A DNA stretch of 64,000 nucleotides from Rhina ancylostomus (GCA_030265395.1 JARFYF010000002.1:60978372-61042371), one strand, 5' to 3'. Counted from the stretch's first letter, positions 24,801 through 39,300 are shown. Made by a program: numbers and translations. Notes: generated by a model from the letters alone, not told the origin.

Positions 24801-25650
24801 GTGGATCGGAAGGAATGTTTGGCCTGTAGGAGTCAAAATTGAAGCCCTAAGTAATAGCAATTCAGTAAAAATTGTTAGTCGAGCTTGCCTTAGAAATCTC
24901 AGAGAAAGAAATTATCGTTTAGAAGACACAGATTTGTTATTTCTGTGGAACCCATTCTGGAACAGTTGAATGGCTTCATTGCTTTGTTTTGGAGGGTTGT
25001 GCGAGATTGACTTGAGGCTAGAAAATCATTCAGGAGTGTCTCAGGGGACTGCTGCTGTAACGGATGGATGCTGCTTACTAGCAGTTTGCTGTAAAGTTTT
25101 GACCAGTGGATAAATATATGCATAGCTGTGGTGTGATTACCTTTCTAGGGCTTTTGTCATTGGAACCACAGGCACACATCTTGGTTACTTTAACATGAGC
25201 CACTGGGGCTTTACAGGCTTTCTCAACATACAACTGAACCACAGATAGAAATACATGAAAATTGTATTTACCCCATTTCAATTTAAGTGTATACAATTCT
25301 GGGTGCATGAAACTTATATTCCACCAATAAGTGGAAGCAGTGTAGCAAAGGAGAGTGGTAAGTGACAGGGAGGCTGCAAATTGTATTAACAAGTACATTT
25401 GTGTCTGTGCCGCTCCCCATGGTGAAGTGGCAAGGCAGCACAAATTCAAAGCAAATGAGTTCCCATTCTCTTCAGTGCTGTCATTACGGTGGTGGTGTTG
25501 CCAATAAAGGTTCTCCAAATGAAAGAAAACAGAGGATTTTTTTTTTCTGGGGATGAGAACGGGGTAAATCATTGAAGTTCTGACAGTGGTGATAGGGTGA
25601 GGTTGGGAGAGGTTGGTGATGGAATCTTTACAAGGTCATCAGTGGAGTAT

Positions 25651-25656
25651 TTTATT
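25651..25656 (-). terminator. Candidate LDAH poly(A) signal (AATAAA)
   Basis: First TTTATT I found on + going downstream of the LDAH stop, ~600 nt away; the AT-rich UTR-like composition ends at ~25620. Confidence 0.45.
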
Positions 25657-26251
25657 TGAGACAAATGTTAGTTCCTTTAATAGACTCCAGATACAATTAC
25701 ACATTGCTTCCCACTCTGGAAATATCTTCATTACTAATTTGGTCTTGACAGGCTTCTAGTTAGATGAGATTTGATAGATGATAGTTTGACAAATACAGAA
25801 TAATGATCTTAAAGCATATTGTAATAGTTTCCCTTGCCAGAGTTTGGCAGAGCTTGGAATAGTTGCATCTATGCTTTTCAACAAACCTAAAATGTTCCTT
25901 TGATTGAAAAATAAAACTAACCTAATGAACTACAAGTTGACAGTGAATGCCAACATTCATTAGACTATAAAAATGACCCTGATATAAAACAGATTTACTT
26001 ACTCAGGGCTATAGATAGATACAAAAATTACACTGCAATCACAAATATTTTGAAAGCTTTAGCAACCAATTATTCATTCAGATAAATAATTATCCAAGTT
26101 TGCCTGGGAAATATGTCTAAAATTTAATGTATTTTTGTTTAAATAATCTAGGCATAATTCTGTTCTAGAACACATTGGAATCCCAAGAGTATTAACACAT
26201 TATTTAAGTAAAAAAATTTATATTTCACATCATACACATACTATGGTCCTA

Positions 26252-26443
26252 TTACAAATGTGCAAGATCTGTTCTTAACCACTCTATAACCATTTGAGCC
26301 ATCTCTACATTGGCATCCAAAACAAAGGCATGACGAATTCCCTTTTGGCAAAGAAGAATAGTTCCTTCAGGAAAGCTTCTCTTCATATCTTCATAATATG
26401 TAACAGGGCACCAGTGATCATTTGATCCATAGTAAAAGATAAG
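26252..26443 (-). CDS. LDAH: Lipid droplet-associated hydrolase, final coding exon
   Basis: Acceptor ttttag, then LIFYYGSNDHWCPVTYYEDMKRSFPEGTILLCQKGIRHAFVLDANVEMAQMVIEWLRTDLAHL* (TAA followed by TAG). Matches the recalled human C-terminus LTFYYGTIDPWCP...FPEG...HAF. Phase 0, compatible with the upstream exon. Confidence 0.93.
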   Translation of the reverse strand, partial: LIFYYGSNDHWCPVTYYEDMKRSFPEGTILLCQKGIRHAFVLDANVEMAQMVIEWLRTDLAHL

Positions 26444-26611
26444 CTAAAATGAAGACACAATTGCAGACCATCAGTAAAGATTTAGTTACCAAATTCACAG
26501 CTATTTCTTTGATGAAATATATAACACTGGACTATGACATACTTTGAAACCATTTTAAGACATGATTTCCAATATCACATTCTGACGCCTAGAAAATGTA
26601 GTGCACAACCG

Positions 26612-26910
26612 AATGGGAGGTGGGGAAGGATTCAGGTTTGTGCCTTGATTTGAGCTGGGGAGATTGGGAGGGGATGGGGAGAAAGATCAGGCCTGCACCT
26701 TGAATTGAGCTTGGGGAGATTTGGGGGAAGGATAGAGATTGCATTTTAAATTGAGGTTCCTACTTTTGGAAGTATCTTACAGGTTAATCTGCTATTGACA
26801 GATTTGTAGTTTGATGTGGGTTTGCCAACTGTAGTGGTAAAAATCATGAGGGAGGAGATCAGGCTTGTGCTTGAATTGAGATGGGAGGAGGGGCTGTATC
26901 TTGAGTCAGT
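26612..26910 (+). repeat. Degenerate G-rich minisatellite (~55-bp unit)
   Basis: Repeated gatcaggc(c/t)tg..cttgaattgagct(t)gggga with GGG runs, 3-4 copies. Confidence 0.6.
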
Positions 26911-29900
26911 ATTGAAGTGGATGGGAAAGAGTCCAAAGCTTGAGTCAGGGTCTTACCTACCAGAGGTCATGATCCAGTGCAGCACTGGGAGGACTGAGTT
27001 GCCTGAGGTTTGCTCCCAGGACAGCATAGTCCAGGCTCCCCTGCTTTCTTCAAAAGAACCGTTGCTCAGGGAATGATGCCGCCTGGTGCACCCCTGACTC
27101 AGAAATCTAGCTGAGAGAGTAAGGGTGACCTATCAAATTTTCAGACTGAAGCAAAATGACAGAGAAATGTTTGTTATCACATTTCACTCCTGGAAGAAAT
27201 ACCATTTGAAAGTGCATGATGTTGAAAAAAGAAACAGCATTATGTGATTGAATTTCCATGTTAGGATCCACTGGAACCGATTATACGATTTCTTAAAAAT
27301 CTGCTCGCATCATAAGATATCAAGTAAGGTGGTATCCACTTCTAAAAATAAACTTTCCAAATACAGTTTCAACAAGCATCACATCCTATTTATCACTGTG
27401 CTTGGCACATCATTTTCTTCAGATTTAGACAGGTGATCTTATAAATTATTTTACCGTGTTGGCTTTCATAAAGCTTGTGAATATATTTTCAAAATTTTCA
27501 TTACTTATGAAGGCATTGGAAACTTTGCAATTATAATTGCATGGAAGATTAAGCTGAAAAGAACTATTTACAATATTTTCTTTTTGAAGCTGAGCTTGGA
27601 AACTTCAGTTCAGTGAAGGCAACACTGAGTAGTTCAATTTAAGAGATTCCAGTTGGAAAACTCTGAAGATTCCTAAAACAAAACTTTGTGAAATTTTTAC
27701 AGGAACTTTCTTTACAACATTGAAGGAATCGTTCCACAAAAAAGTATAATTTGAAAATTGTAATTATGAAAAGCTTAGCAACTTTTCTCATATGTAGATT
27801 GCGAATTTTATATTTTAGGTTCACATTTCTAGTGACAGGGAAACAGCAGCTGGCTTTACAAAACTATTTCTGAGCACTTAATAAGTAATCACCAAAGTAC
27901 TTTAAGATGTTAATTATATAATCATTTATTAAACCTTACATTTATTTTTTTTAAATTATTCAGAATAATATTCTTAACTTCTAGTAGAAAAAAATTAAAT
28001 ATTATTTACTGCAGTTGCTTCGGAAACAAGTGGCCAGAAGTTCAGAATTTACAGTGTGCCCATATGACTAGGTACTTGGCCAAGAAATGGATTAGAATGT
28101 TGTCAGAATACATCACTGGGCAGGGTTTGGAATTATTACATCTTAACAGTGATATTATTCTTGGACAGATTTAGGACATTCTTGGAACCCAAAATGTGTG
28201 CCTATTTAAAATGAGTATAAGTTGATCCACAATTCACTTTCAATCCATAAAAATGTGATTTATTGGGTGCCTTTAGAAGAGGAGTACAATAAAGTATAGA
28301 TTTACAGCTTTTAGCAAAACATTTGCATTTTTCATTCAAATGGAACCAAATATTAATGAAATGCCATTTAAAAAATATTAAGTGCAATTCTCCAATAAGT
28401 ATGGTATACAAAATTACTTTTAGTAGATTCAAATCTTACCATAAATCAGAGTTCAAAGGTTAATAGCTAGTGACAGACAAGGGGGTACCTTTTCTAGGCA
28501 CTAAATTCAGTGGCATAGGGGCAGAACAGGTGCCGAGGGAACTGAAAATTTGGCCCAAATCCACAAGACCAGATTTATCAGATTTTTGTGCCAGGTGCAA
28601 TTTTCCAGCAGCCTTTTAGACTGGTTGGTCTTGCTGAGAAGGGAACATAACTGCATTTGAATATAATAACACACTATAATTAAACCCATTTGTTTTGAAC
28701 AGGATTGGATTTTGCCCACGTGGTGTATGTTGACAGTAAGCTCCATGAATGATGGGACTCTTAAAAGAGCCAAAACATTTTAACCACGCTGAATTTCTAA
28801 GTTCTGGTTTTGGCTTTATTTCTCCGGCATGCTTGTGAATAAAATTGCTCATTTTAAAAGTCTTTCTCCTATCAGGGCATCATACTTACGGGAGAACAAT
28901 AAAAATGCTAAAATATTTCTGCTGAGCACTATCTGTAATAGAAGCATTTGTGTAATTTCAGCAGGAAAAGTTTGGAAACAAGAGTTCCTGGTTTCACAGG
29001 AGCCCATGGGGGAACAAATGAAGGGCCCCGTGGTGTTTGTCAAGTCCCATTAAAGATAATGATGCTCTCTGACTTTAAAGTGATATAAGATGAAAGAAAA
29101 CATTGGGATTTGAGGTTTTTTATCTAGACTGGGTGGAAGGGATGGAATACAGGTTAAATTTATACTAATGATCTAAACTTTATATTCAGCAGATTAAATT
29201 CACAGCACAGCCCAGATGGAAGATGCAGGACAGCGATCTGACAGGCATCCAGACTGGCATGTTTCAGGGAAAGGAAACCTTTTTGGAGATTTCAATTATT
29301 GTTCATAACCTCTTCTGGTTATGAGTGAGGCATTTGGGCTTGGTGGGCTCAAATTTGCTAGGGTGGTGTGTGCTCAGATTGCACCTCATGTGGGCTAAAT
29401 TAAAGCAGAAAAAAACCCAGCAGGTTTAGGATCAGGGAGGTCCAAAGGGTGCAAGATAGCAGTTCTTGGTCTGAATACAGAATTACAACATAGCAGGCTG
29501 GTTTCCCCCAACTAGCTGACCAAAAGCTGTTTGCAATACTCTAGATATGGTTTCACTAGTGCTTGAGTTGCAATAAGACTTTTGTACCATTGTACTTCAC
29601 CCCTTTGAAATATAAGCCAACATGAAGGCACAGAACTATTAAGGTTATTACCTGAGAATCTAGAGACAATGATTTTTTAAAATTTTATGATAATTAAGTG
29701 TCATCATTATTTCAAGAATCAAGATGACTGGCTAATGCATGCTTAGAAATAACTAATAAAACTTTAGGTTGTGAACCCTTTGAGATACCATAGGCAAGAC
29801 CTAAAGAGAGATAATACTCTTGCATCCAAAGCTGGTATGGTTGATGGGAGCCAAGTGGTTATTAAAACTGTTTATGTGAGAGTCTCTGGCTCTGAGTAAT

Positions 29901-31599
29901 TCCATGCCTGCAACCAGCAATACCTGGGTAATACATAGTCTTAGGCTAAGATCTGATAAATAATATCAACTTCACACCGGTGATGGTACCAGTCTCACGA
30001 GGATACCAATGCCATTGATTGGAGATAGTCTGTGATAATTCAGCAGCTGTCATTCATAATGGATCTATTTTCTAGCTCGGGAGAACTCTTCTCATGATAT
30101 GCAAGTATACTCTGCTGGAACGGCTGCACGTTGAATTTGCTCGACATGTTATTAGAGAAATAACTTGTCTCATTGGATTCTGGATACCATCACAATATAG
30201 GAAAGCGAAAGCAGTATTTATGTGATTTGTTTTTTTAAACAACACTGACGATAATATCATGTCATTCTTATATATATAAACAAGTGTGCCCTGAATTTAT
30301 TCCAGTGAGCACTGCCAAACATCTTGCACTGTTTTGTTTGAACCTATTTTGAAATGGCAGGGACCTTATTGCACTGAGTTCCTGATATTTGCAGGAATTT
30401 ACTTTTGGCCTTGTAAGAGGTGGAACTGTTGTCTATTCCTTACAAGAGTAGTGATACTGAATTCAGTCTTCATCAATTTACACATATCAGCCTGTTTCAA
30501 ATGGCTTAAATCATGATTAATTGTTTTTTCTTCCAACTCAGCAATTAATGCTTAATTTTATAAATGCAGTTAAATAAAAATCTTTGTAATGAAAAATATT
30601 CAGAACAATGGTACAGGATACAATTTAAGATGATGCTTAATATTTCCTGGCAGTGTGACCCTAATCCCATTTTGTCAATGCCAAAAAAATGCCCAAGTAT
30701 CTCCCTATTCTTCTAAGATTATGCCAAAATGTATACTACCTCCAGCGGTATGAAATTACCTTTTCTATCCATTTTACTGTCAGCCATGCATATCAAACAC
30801 TGCTTTTTTAAAGTACTCTTCTAGATATCCAACTGTGTATCCTTTTCAAATTTTGATGCAACCTACACATTGCCATCACATTGGATTAAAATAAAAAGTT
30901 AATATGCAGATCTCAGGGGCTGGTGTACATTTTTAAAATATGCTGTCAAAAATAGCAATTAAAAGATCAGAAAATATCTTTTTATCGGCATGGCATTTAA
31001 AATTAGATGTACTGTTGAGAAACTCACCCTGGTGTACACAACTGGAGAATACTTACACTTGGGAGTCAGGAGCCTGGCCACTTTTATGGGCAGAGATTAG
31101 TTTAGTCTTATGGTTTGATAAATGAGCATAAAGGTTGGAGAGACTTGGGTATATTGTAGTTCAGTGAGAAACTCATTTACTTCCAAAATTCTGCAATTTT
31201 TTGAGCTACACACTTTCTGGTAAAAGTTGAGGGAATTCCAGGAAAATTGATGCTAATGTAGGTTATAGACAAAATCTTTTTATGTCATTCATATAGTGAA
31301 TTAGCAGAGCAATTTGGATCCATCAATGATGCAGAATGTGAAATATACCAAAAAATGAGATTTATGTTACCTCTGTGAATAGAAAATCCTTGCTATTTTA
31401 TATTGGTTATTTGTAAATCATAGGTTCATGGATTCTGAAGCACAACCGTTAAAAAAGAATTAAGTTGCGAATCAAGGGGCATTTAACTAAATGGTTAATG
31501 CCCAAGAAAGGACTAACATGACCCACATTTGTAAGATAACCTTAAATAACAGAAGGAAAAGTAAAACTTCCACCAGAAATAGGAAGTTAATTATCAAGG

Positions 31600-32800
31600 T
31601 TGTGGCTGTTTATTTTGAAGAAATCAAGCAACTGGTGCAGAAATATTGCTAATAAACATTCCATACCTAGATGAAAGACAAGTTTGAAAATGGTCATTTA
31701 CATTTAGTAATGGAAAGCACTCCTGGGGAATACAATGAGTTGCATCTATCACTAGAAGTGATTAGGGTGCCTCGAGAACTATTGCATGCTTCCAGCTGTT
31801 ATCCATCTGGCTTAAATCCAGGCACTATATCACAAAAAATCTATGGAGTGCATTTGAGGATCTTTTCCAAATAGTTAAGCATTGCAAAATAAAATTTCAA
31901 AATCTCATAATTCCAAGACAAATTTTCTCATAAGCATCACTAGAGTTACTTGGTCAGAAGGCTCTGGTTGCATCATTGCAACTGACTTGTTTTTATGTGA
32001 GGTTTCAATGAGGTCATGTAAATAGAATTTATGTCAATAGTTTGGTCTTTGGTGCAGCATGCGGTCAAAAATAAAACAAAACTGCGACTCCTTCTTGTTA
32101 TTGTCTCCTTTCTCTTCTCCTTCTCTGTCATTCTGTTTCCCAAGTTGTTTTTCTTTTTGTTGAATATACTTTATTCCTGCTTGCTACTCAATATCATAAC
32201 TCAGTTCTCATCGACAAACCTCTGCCTTACTGACTCCCTTTCTTTCCGAAAGACCTTCTTTCTGCTCTATATAGATTTTAAAACCTTTTCTTCATTAACT
32301 TACTGAGGTAATGTATTTTACTGTTCAATGCCCAGTTCAGCAGTACTTCGACCCTAGATGAGGTGGCTTTTCTGCCACGGTGGTGGATCAGGAACCATGG
32401 CACTATCCTGCATTGGTGAATCTGGAGTTTACTATGAGACAGGGATTGAGAGAAAATACAAGTTCATGAAAGGAAGATAGTCACTTGGATCTATGTAGGA
32501 GCAAAAACCTGATGCTGTGATGTGGTTGGAAACTAGCAGTGGCAGGAGAGAGTAAAGAAGCCTTGTTAGTTATGGGGCCCTGCAATCTTTGTGCTTTGGA
32601 TATACTGGGAAAATGCTAGGGTGGGATATATTGACAGTGACGCTTGCACAAACAGAAAGGCTATCATGAAATTGATGGAAGTACAAAACTTTCACAAATG
32701 GGAAAAAAAGTAAAGATCGGCAAAGGAATATCTAATGAAAGTTGCAAAAGCCATAAATGGGTAGCTGGTACATATGCACAAAAAATTAACAGTAACACCA
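31600..32800. mobile_element. Very old L1/Tx1-like LINE remnants
   Basis: Minus strand near 31950-31975 gives DATRAF/DQV (cf. RT motif DAEKAFDRV); the plus strand near 32650 gives RKAIMK (cf. L1 C-terminal KKAI..W). Heavily decayed. Confidence 0.25.
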
Positions 32801-32927
32801 TTGTGTATTTGTAAGTGTTTTTGTAACAGGTACCTAATAAAAGAATACAGCAATATACAATCTATTGGTCAATATAACAATTACATAAGTAACTGCTTTC
32901 TGCACAACAAACAATGCTACCTTTTAT

Positions 32928-33420
32928 AAGAACATAAGAAATAGGAACAGGAGTAGGCCATTTGTCCTTTTGACCCTGCTCTGCTATTCTTCTAGGTCAT
33001 GGGTGATTTTCTAACTCCAGGCTGTTTTCTCACACTATCCCCCTATTCCTTGATTCTCCTAATGTCCAGGAATCTGTCAGACACTGTTTTGAATCAACTC
33101 AGTCACTGAATCACAACCCTCTGAGGTGAAGAATTCCAAAGATTCAGCTCTGCATGGATAAATCTCTCCTTGTTTCAGTCTGAAAAGGCCTATCCCTTAT
33201 TTTAGACTGTGATTCCTGGTTCCACATCCTTAGCCAGGAGAAACATCCAGTCTGTATCCAGATGTTAAAACCCTGAAAGAATTTTTTGAGTTTCAATGAG
33301 ATCGCCTGCCATTCTTCTAAACTCTGGAGAATATAAGCCGAGTCTGCTTAATCTCTCCTCATATAGCAAAACCACCATCCTTGGAACCAGTCGAGTGAAT
33401 TTTTGCTGTAGTTCCTCTTT
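32928..33420 (-). mobile_element. CR1-type LINE 3' fragment
   Basis: Tail aagaacataagaaataggaacaggagtaggcc; minus-strand ORF QQKFTRLVPRM...YEERLSRLGLYSPEFRRMAGDLIETQKIL. Confidence 0.88.
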
Positions 33421-33999
33421 TTGGTGGAGCAGACCGAAATTAATTTGTGCACACTTGGTCCCTATGAAAATCAACATTGTCCAATTTCTCAGCACATATA
33501 ATATATTCTGCTTTTATGTTCTGTACCTGTGTACACCTGCTTGCACTCTTCTCATTTCTCCCCAGCTTGGGAGAGTTGTTTCACATGCAACCGACTGGTA
33601 AAATAATCTTCAGAACTCAGGTCTAAATATTCTACAACACTCTTGATGGAATTTCAATATATAATTGAGGCAAGTAAGGTTTCCTTGTGGTTTTCCAGCC
33701 CAAATTCCACCATCCTTTTAGACTTTCTCACGATCTATCTGGAAAAATAATGGGGGCCAGTAGAGCTACAAAGCCAAGTTTCCTGCTTTTATGTTCGTTT
33801 TAGGGTAAGTTAGCCTCAGAGTTACAAACTACAGCTGTTTTTATGTTCAGCTGAGATGGGTGGAAACAAGGGATTTTCTGAGCCTTCAGAGTGTAGAGAG
33901 GTGCAATCGTGATTTCTTCAGCTGGGAACAACCTACTGCAGTTCTTTTTTGGCATTCTCATATTTTTTCATTTCATGACATTAAAGGAGACCTATGCTA

Positions 34000-34285
34000 G
34001 CTCTCAGAGCAATCTCATTAATCCCATTCCCACATACCCTATTCTCTTCTTACATGCCCATCAGCTTTCCCCGATTTGCCTACTGCTCACTTATTTTAAG
34101 AGTAGTTTACAACAGCCATTTAATTGACCAACCAGCATGTCTTCTGGGTGTGGGACAAAGCTAGAGTATCTTGAGGAAAGCCACTCAATGCAGGGACAAT
34201 GTGCAGACAGCATCGGTGGTCAGGATTGAACCCAGGTTGTTAGAGCTGTGAAGCAGCAGGAAAAGCTGCTGCACCTCTGTGCCAC
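34000..34285 (-). mobile_element. V-SINE (HE1-like), diverged
   Basis: caggattgaacccagg (reverse B box) and gggtgtgggacaaagctagagtatcttgaggaaagccac (reverse V-core). Confidence 0.7.
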
Positions 34286-35261
34286 CTCTGCTTTCACACA
34301 CCTTCATTCCCTTAACTGAGGTTGTGGGGCCACTTGAAGAAGACCACCAGTTGACCTTGACCATCGACAAAAGGATCCTGCAACAGCAACCATATTATAT
34401 CTTATGTGTCAATGTAGAGGAGGACTAGCCGGATCTGCAGAGGCTGGATTAAAAGAAAATCAGAGAGGACTTAAGGAAAATGGATCCCACCAGAATTTAC
34501 ACTTATAGAACGCAGAAGTAATACTGATTGTTCAAGGACCTTAGAGGCTCAAGACTCCTGATGGCCTGATCCAGACCATAGTGTTTCATCCAATGTGGTT
34601 CAGGACGCAGGCTTTGCCAGGTGGCCTGGCTCTCAGCCACTGGAAAAGTTTAGCACAGGGTATTGCAGTGCAGGAGCTCACTAACTGCAAGTGATCAGCT
34701 GCACTGACAGAATGGCTTTGACAGCCAATGTGGTCACAAACATTCAAAAGCACCCTGGACTTTCTAAAAACATGGAAGATGTCAAAAGAATTAAAATTAC
34801 TAGCAAAAAATTTACGACTTGAAAACTAAAAAAATACACATGCACTTAAAAACAATTAAAATATTCAAACTAACTTAATAAATCAAATAAAAAAGCTCTA
34901 CTTACCTTTTCCATTCCTTTTAACAGGCCTGCTGGCCAGTGCATTTCCTAGCCTAAAAGTTGGGAAGCCTGCAGAAGTCGACTGGTATAGTGCAAGTATC
35001 CCAGAGCTAGTGCTCTGCGAAAACAAAGGCTGCCCTTTGGCCCATGCCTGGGAATTGGCTGGCTATAGGATTACTGCCAGCAGTTCTGGTGGGTCTCAGC
35101 AGATACGTCCTATTGTACATAAGCGTGGACCTCACCAAAGAACTGATAAGGTAGCGCTGTCACTTATTGCCCGATATATGTAACCACATCTGTTTACCTG
35201 CACTTGTTCTCCCTGTATCTCTGAAGGTGGCCACCTTACACAATTTCTGTGGTGCTGCTTC

Positions 35262-35412
35262 ATTGAGTGTGTTTGTAAGTGCGCGTATGTGTGCGTGTAT
35301 TTGTGGTTGTGTGTGCTTGTGTGAGTCTGCGTGTGTGCGTCTGTGTTTGTGGGCATGTATATCTTTGTGGATGTGAACTTGTGTTTGTGTGTGTGTGGGT
35401 GGGCATGTCTGT
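35262..35412. repeat. Degenerate (GT)-rich low-complexity tract
   Basis: Direct observation. Confidence 0.85.
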
Positions 35413-36122
35413 GCATTTGAAGGAAATGAGAGGAACACTATGTACACTCATCATCACAGTTCACTAAGCACCCACTGTGTATCTCCAGTCTTCCTGCTTA
35501 TCATCATATTCAACCACCCTGTGGTGGATCTTGAGGAAAGGACAGGACAGAGTGGATGCATATTAACTTTTTGCAATTAAGAAGATACAGCATTCAGAAA
35601 CATTCCAAAACTATAACTTGATTTACAAAAACAATTCAACAATACAAAAATATTTAGTTAAACTCAAAATTTAAACATTCAATCCAGGCAAACAGCTGAA
35701 AGGGACTTCCTAGAAAGTTGCTGTCCGGACAATGTGAACCTGGAGACTGATTAATGAGAAGGTGAAACTTCCCATTTTGTTTCCAAAGAATTAATAAAAT
35801 TCACTGCACAGGACAAGACAAACAACAGTATTGGGTCTGTATTTAGAATAATGATGAGCTAATACCACTCAACATTCTTATGCTCAAATTGAACAGTGTT
35901 TTCTGGAATCTGTACATGCACAGTTAGGTAGGGTATCTGGTCAAAGCAGCCCAAATTACTAGTCTCCATGATCTGACTTCCACTGACATCTCACCAACAG
36001 AATTGATGTTGAAATCCATGTANNNNNNNNNNNNNNNNNNNNNNNNNNNNNNNNNNNNNNNNNNNNNNNNNNNNNNNNNNNNNNNNNNNNNNNNNNNNNN
36101 NNNNNNNNNNNNNNNNNNNNNN

Positions 36123-36205
36123 GTTACCCTCTTGCTCTTAATCATGTGTGAAATGCCTTTAGATTTTCTTAATCTTATCTGGCAGTGATATTTCAAGTCC
36201 CCTCC
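36123..36205 (-). mobile_element. Internal CR1 ORF2 fragment
   Basis: Minus strand resembles the CR1 'IKENPKAFY.YIKSKRV' segment (track: ...HMIKSKRV). Confidence 0.6.
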
Positions 36206-36389
36206 AATTTTCCTGTTTTAAGTACCCCCCCCCCTACAAATGAAATACTTCACCTTCTTACAGTACTCTGTATTTGCCATCAGTTATCGACAAAACACAT
36301 TGGTTGAACAGAGGGTTAGTTCATCCAGATGTTAGTCAATTATTATCAAACAATCTGCCTTGAAAACTTAATTTTACATTTGCATTAAC

Positions 36390-39300
36390 TGTTTCCCCTC
36401 TCATATTAAACCTATGCCCTCTAGTTTTAAACTCCCTTACCCTGTGAAAAAGACTGATTATCTGTTCTATGCCCCTCATAATTTTCTAAATCTCTATACG
36501 GTCACCTCTCAGCTTCCTGCACTCAATTGAGAATGTTCCAGTCTATCCAATCTCTCCTTGTAACTAAAGTCCTCCACTCCAGGTAAAAATCCTAATAGAT
36601 ATCTTCTGCACTCTCTCCAGTGCTACCACATCTTCTCTCTAGCGTGGTGACCAGAATTGCACATGATATTCCGAGTGAGGCCTAACCAATGTCATGTATA
36701 GCTGCAACATGATGTCCCAACTCTAAGACTAAATTTGCCTCCCAACTAAGAAGGCAAACAAGCTGAATGTCTTCTTCACTATCCACCCATGTCATTATTT
36801 TCAGGGAGCTACGAACTTACACCCTAAGGTCACTCTGTACATCAATGTTTCTAAGGTTACTGCTGCTTACTGTACATGTCCTGCCAGTATTAGATGACCC
36901 AAAATACATTACCTCACACTCGTCTGGATTAAATTCTGTCTGCAACTGCTCAGCCCGACTTTCCGGCTGACCCATTTCTCTCTGTATCCTTAGGCAACCA
37001 TCCTCACCACCTACAACTTCACCAATCTTTGGTCATCAGCAAACTTACTCATCAGACTTCAAGCATCTCATCCAAGTCATTTATGTATATGACAAACAAC
37101 AAGTCTCAGCACCGATCCCTGAGGTTACAGACTTCCAGTTAGAAAAACAACCCTCCACCATTACCCTCTGTCTCCTACGACCAAACCAATTATGGATCCA
37201 GTTTGCAAAATATCATGGACGGCACGTGCCCTAACTTTATGGACCTGCTTACTGTGTGGAATCTTGTCAAAAGCCTTGCTAAAGTTCACGTGTATCGTGT
37301 CTACCACCTTGCCTTCATCAATTTTCTTAGTAACCTGATCATGAAGCTCAGTCAGATTTATGAGGCAGGATTTCCCATGCACAAAACCATGCCGACTCCC
37401 CCAAAGCAGTCCTTATCTTTCCAAATCATAAATCCTACCCCTAAGAATTTTGTCCAATAGTTTCCCTACTAATGACATTGGGTCACTAACTGTAGCTTCC
37501 TGGCTTATCCCTACTGCCCTTCTTGAATATGGGAACAACGTTAGCTACATTCCATTATTCTTGGACTTTACCCTTGGCTAAAGATGACGCAAACATTTCT
37601 GTCAGAGCTCCAGCAGTCTCCTCCCTTGCTTCCCATAACACCCTGGGATAGATTTCATCAGGCCCTGGGGATCTGTCCACCCTAATGCATTCAATATCTC
37701 TAAAACTTCCTTTTTCCTAANNNNNNNNNNNNNNNNNNNNNNNNNNNNNNNNNNNNNNNNNNNNNNNNNNNNNNNNNNNNNNNNNNNNNNNNNNNNNNNN
37801 NNNNNNNNNNNNNNNNNNNNNNNNNNNNNNNNNNNNNNNNNNNNNNNNNNNNNNNNNNNNNNNNNNNNNNNNNNNNNNNNNNNNNNNNNNNNNNNNNNNN
37901 NNNNNNNNNNNNNNNNNNNNNNNNNNNNNNNNNNNNNNNNNNNNNNNNNNNNNNNNNNNNNNNNNNNNNNNNNNNNNNNNNNNNNNNNNNNNNNNNNNNN
38001 NNNNNNNNNNNNNNNNNNNNNNNNNNNNNNNNNNNNNNNNNNNNNNNNNNNNNNNNNNNNNNNNNNNNNNNNNNNNNNNNNNNNNNNNNNNNNNNNNNNN
38101 NNNNNNNNNNNNNNNNNNNNNNNNNNNNNNNNNNNNNNNNNNNNNNNNNNNNNNNNNNNNNNNNNNNNNNNNNNNNNNNNNNNNNNNNNNNNNNNNNNNN
38201 NNNNNNNNNNNNNNNNNNNNNNNNNNNNNNNNNNNNNNNNNNNNNNNNNNNNNNNNNNNNNNNNNNNNNNNNNNNNNNNNNNNNNNNNNNNNNNNNNNNN
38301 NNNNNNNNNNNNNNNNNNNNNNNNNNNNNNNNNNNNNNNNNNNNNNNNNNNNNNNNNNNNNNNNNNNNNNNNNNNNNNNNNNNNNNNNNNNNNNNNNNNN
38401 NNNNNNNNNNNNNNNNNNNNNNNNNNNNNNNNNNNNNNNNNNNNNNNNNNNNNNNNNNNNNNNNNNNNNNNNNNNNNNNNNNNNNNNNNNNNNNNNNNNN
38501 NNNNNNNNNNNNNNNNNNNNNNNNNNNNNNNNNNNNNNNNNNNNNNNNNNNNNNNNNNNNNNNNNNNNNNNNNNNNNNNNNNNNNNNNNNNNNNNNNNNN
38601 NNNNNNNNNNNNNNNNNNNNNNNNNNNNNNNNNNNNNNNNNNNNNNNNNNNNNNNNNNNGTTCCTTCATCCCAAAGTTTCTTTGCATCTAACTGTTACAG
38701 GGACATGCTGACTCTGAACTCTTACTATTCTTCTTCAAAAAAAGGCATCCCTCTTATTGGCTGCTTTTTTCTCTCTAGCAGCTGCTCCCAATATCCTTTC
38801 ACCAGTACTTTCTCATGTTATTGAAGTCAGCTCTCCCCCAGCTTGTGAACTTAACTCTAGGTCGAACTCATCCTTTTCCATGACTACCTTAAAGCTTACT
38901 GAATTGTAGTCACTGTTTGCAAATGCTTCCTCCAAAGACACGTCCACTACTTTCCCATCCTCATTCCCTAAAATAAGGTCGAGGACAGTTCCCTCCCTAG
39001 TAGGGCTCTCTACATCCTGCTTTAAGAACCCTTCCTGGATGCATTTAACATATTCCACCCCATTTGGGCCCCTTACACTCAGGCAATCCCAGTCAATATT
39101 GGGAAAGTTAAAACACCCACAACTACAATTCTTAAGCTTTTATATGTCTGTATAGTTGTTCTTCCAAATCCTGCTGACTATTTGGAGGCCTGTGGTATAA
39201 TCCCATCAAAGCGATCGCCCCTTTCTTATTTCTAAGTTCATTTAGCCTCATTTGTCCCTCCAGGACATTCTCCCCTGCGTACTGCTGTAATGCTCTCCCC

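Noticed and set aside
37602-38687. 361-aa ORF
   Set aside because: Almost entirely N gap inside the CR1 element
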